From Candidatus Hodarchaeaceae archaeon (GTDB lineage: Archaea > Hadarchaeota > Hadarchaeia > Hadarchaeales > Hadarchaeaceae), in contig JASEGJ010000001.1 of NCBI GenBank assembly GCA_030018135.1, positions 74,991 through 138,990 on the forward strand: 64,000 bases of DNA, in the 5' to 3' direction. Numbering within the stretch: position 1 is the first letter of the stretch; every line of letters starts with the position of its first letter. Shown here piece by piece: positions 63,219 through 64,000 of the stretch. Under the pieces are notes generated by a model, which had not been told where the DNA came from, searched no databases, and saw only the letters and a list, made by a program, of their open reading frames with translations. The position numbers were made by a program, and so were the translations under genes.

Positions 63219-64000
63219 ATGTTTGAGGAGATCTTCGAGGAGGAGTTGGCACGCGAGTCCGTTTTCAGGGATGTCAGCAAACTCCTGCCGGATTACGTGC
63301 CGAAGGTCCTAGTGCATCGCGAGGAGGAGTTCCGCTGGCTGACGCGCATATTCAAGCCCGTCATCGAAAACAGGACCAGCCAAAAAGTCTTGATCACGGG
63401 CAGCGTCGGCGTCGGGAAAACTGCGCTCGCTCAAAAGTTCGGCGAGAAGCTGGTTCCGGCGGCAAAGGGGCGCGGTATGCAGCTAGACTACGTTCACGTG
63501 AACTGCCGCAAACAGAAGACCCCTTACGCAGTCCTGGTGGAACTCGTGCAGCACTACAACCCTAGATGGCCCTGCCGCGGGCTCGGCCCGGAGAAGCTCC
63601 TGCGCATGGTCACCGATTGGCTGAACAAGCACGATGGTTACCTAACGCTCACGCTCGACGAGGTGGATTTCTTCGTCCAGTTGAACGGGCCAAACCTAAT
63701 TTACTCGCTTACCAGGGCAGTTGAGGAGTTCGGCGAGCCGAACCGCATAAGCATCATAGCGATCTCGCGCGACCCCAACTTCCCACGCCTGCTCGACACC
63801 GCGACGCAGAGCACCTTCATGCACAACGTCCTCGCTTTGGATAAATACACCGCGCCACAGCTCGTCGACATACTGAAATACCGCATCCGAGAGTCCTTCA
63901 AGGCAGGGGCCGTGGACGAGGACACGGTGCGGCTTATCGCCGACATCGCCGCGAGGTGGGGCGACGCTAGGCTGGCACTCGAGTTGCTCTGGCGGGCCGG
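63219..64000 (+). CDS. orc1: Orc1/Cdc6 replication initiator, N-terminal AAA+ part (3' end outside window)
   Basis: Walker A GSVGVGKT, Walker B TLDEVD, sensor region; ORF runs off the window end. Confidence 0.85.
   Translation, partial: MFEEIFEEELARESVFRDVSKLLPDYVPKVLVHREEEFRWLTRIFKPVIENRTSQKVLITGSVGVGKTALAQKFGEKLVPAAKGRGMQLDYVHVNCRKQKTPYAVLVELVQHYNPRWPCRGLGPEKLLRMVTDWLNKHDGYLTLTLDEVDFFVQLNGPNLIYSLTRAVEEFGEPNRISIIAISRDPNFPRLLDTATQSTFMHNVLALDKYTAPQLVDILKYRIRESFKAGAVDEDTVRLIADIAARWGDARLALELLWRA

Overview
Archaeal chromosomal segment, GC-rich (~58-60%). Core block: rpoH-rpoB(unsplit, 1103 aa)-rpoA'-rpoA''-L30e-NusA-S12-S7-EF1alpha-S10, with no EF-2 gene between S7 and EF-1alpha. Also present: a stand-alone 5S rRNA and eight tRNA genes. 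Several tRNAs carry long or non-canonically placed insertions (introns), and four have a genomically encoded 3'-CCA. Together these traits resemble Thermoproteota/TACK archaea; this is an inference, not a database result. Metabolic modules: (i) a nucleoside-salvage island (PfkB kinase, semiSWEET, two nucleoside phosphorylases, BMP-family ABC transporter, BtpA); (ii) NAD de novo genes nadA-nadC plus nadX, interrupted by a TupABC-type tungstate/molybdate ABC transporter and a ModE-like regulator that lacks a canonical start codon; (iii) triosephosphate isomerase and ribose-5-P isomerase; (iv) a lipoylation/glycine-cleavage cluster (split LplA/LplB, two adjacent radical-SAM proteins resembling the two-component lipoyl synthase LipS1/LipS2, GcvH, GcvPA, GcvPB). 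Accessory region 38-49 kb: five tandem CBS-domain paralogs, a CPBP protease, a prokaryotic pentameric ligand-gated ion channel (Cys-loop/GLIC-like) broken by at least three frameshifts, and a seven-gene operon of proteins with class-III (type IV pilin-like) signal peptides and no assembly ATPase in the window. The pilin-like operon is the best candidate for an undescribed system. Other disrupted genes: an MMPL/RND transporter (in-frame TGA plus a C-terminal frameshift), a B12-binding radical SAM gene (frameshift), and possibly a membrane protein. All long core genes are intact. The window ends in the 5' part of an orc1/cdc6 gene. No CRISPR arrays or obvious mobile elements seen.
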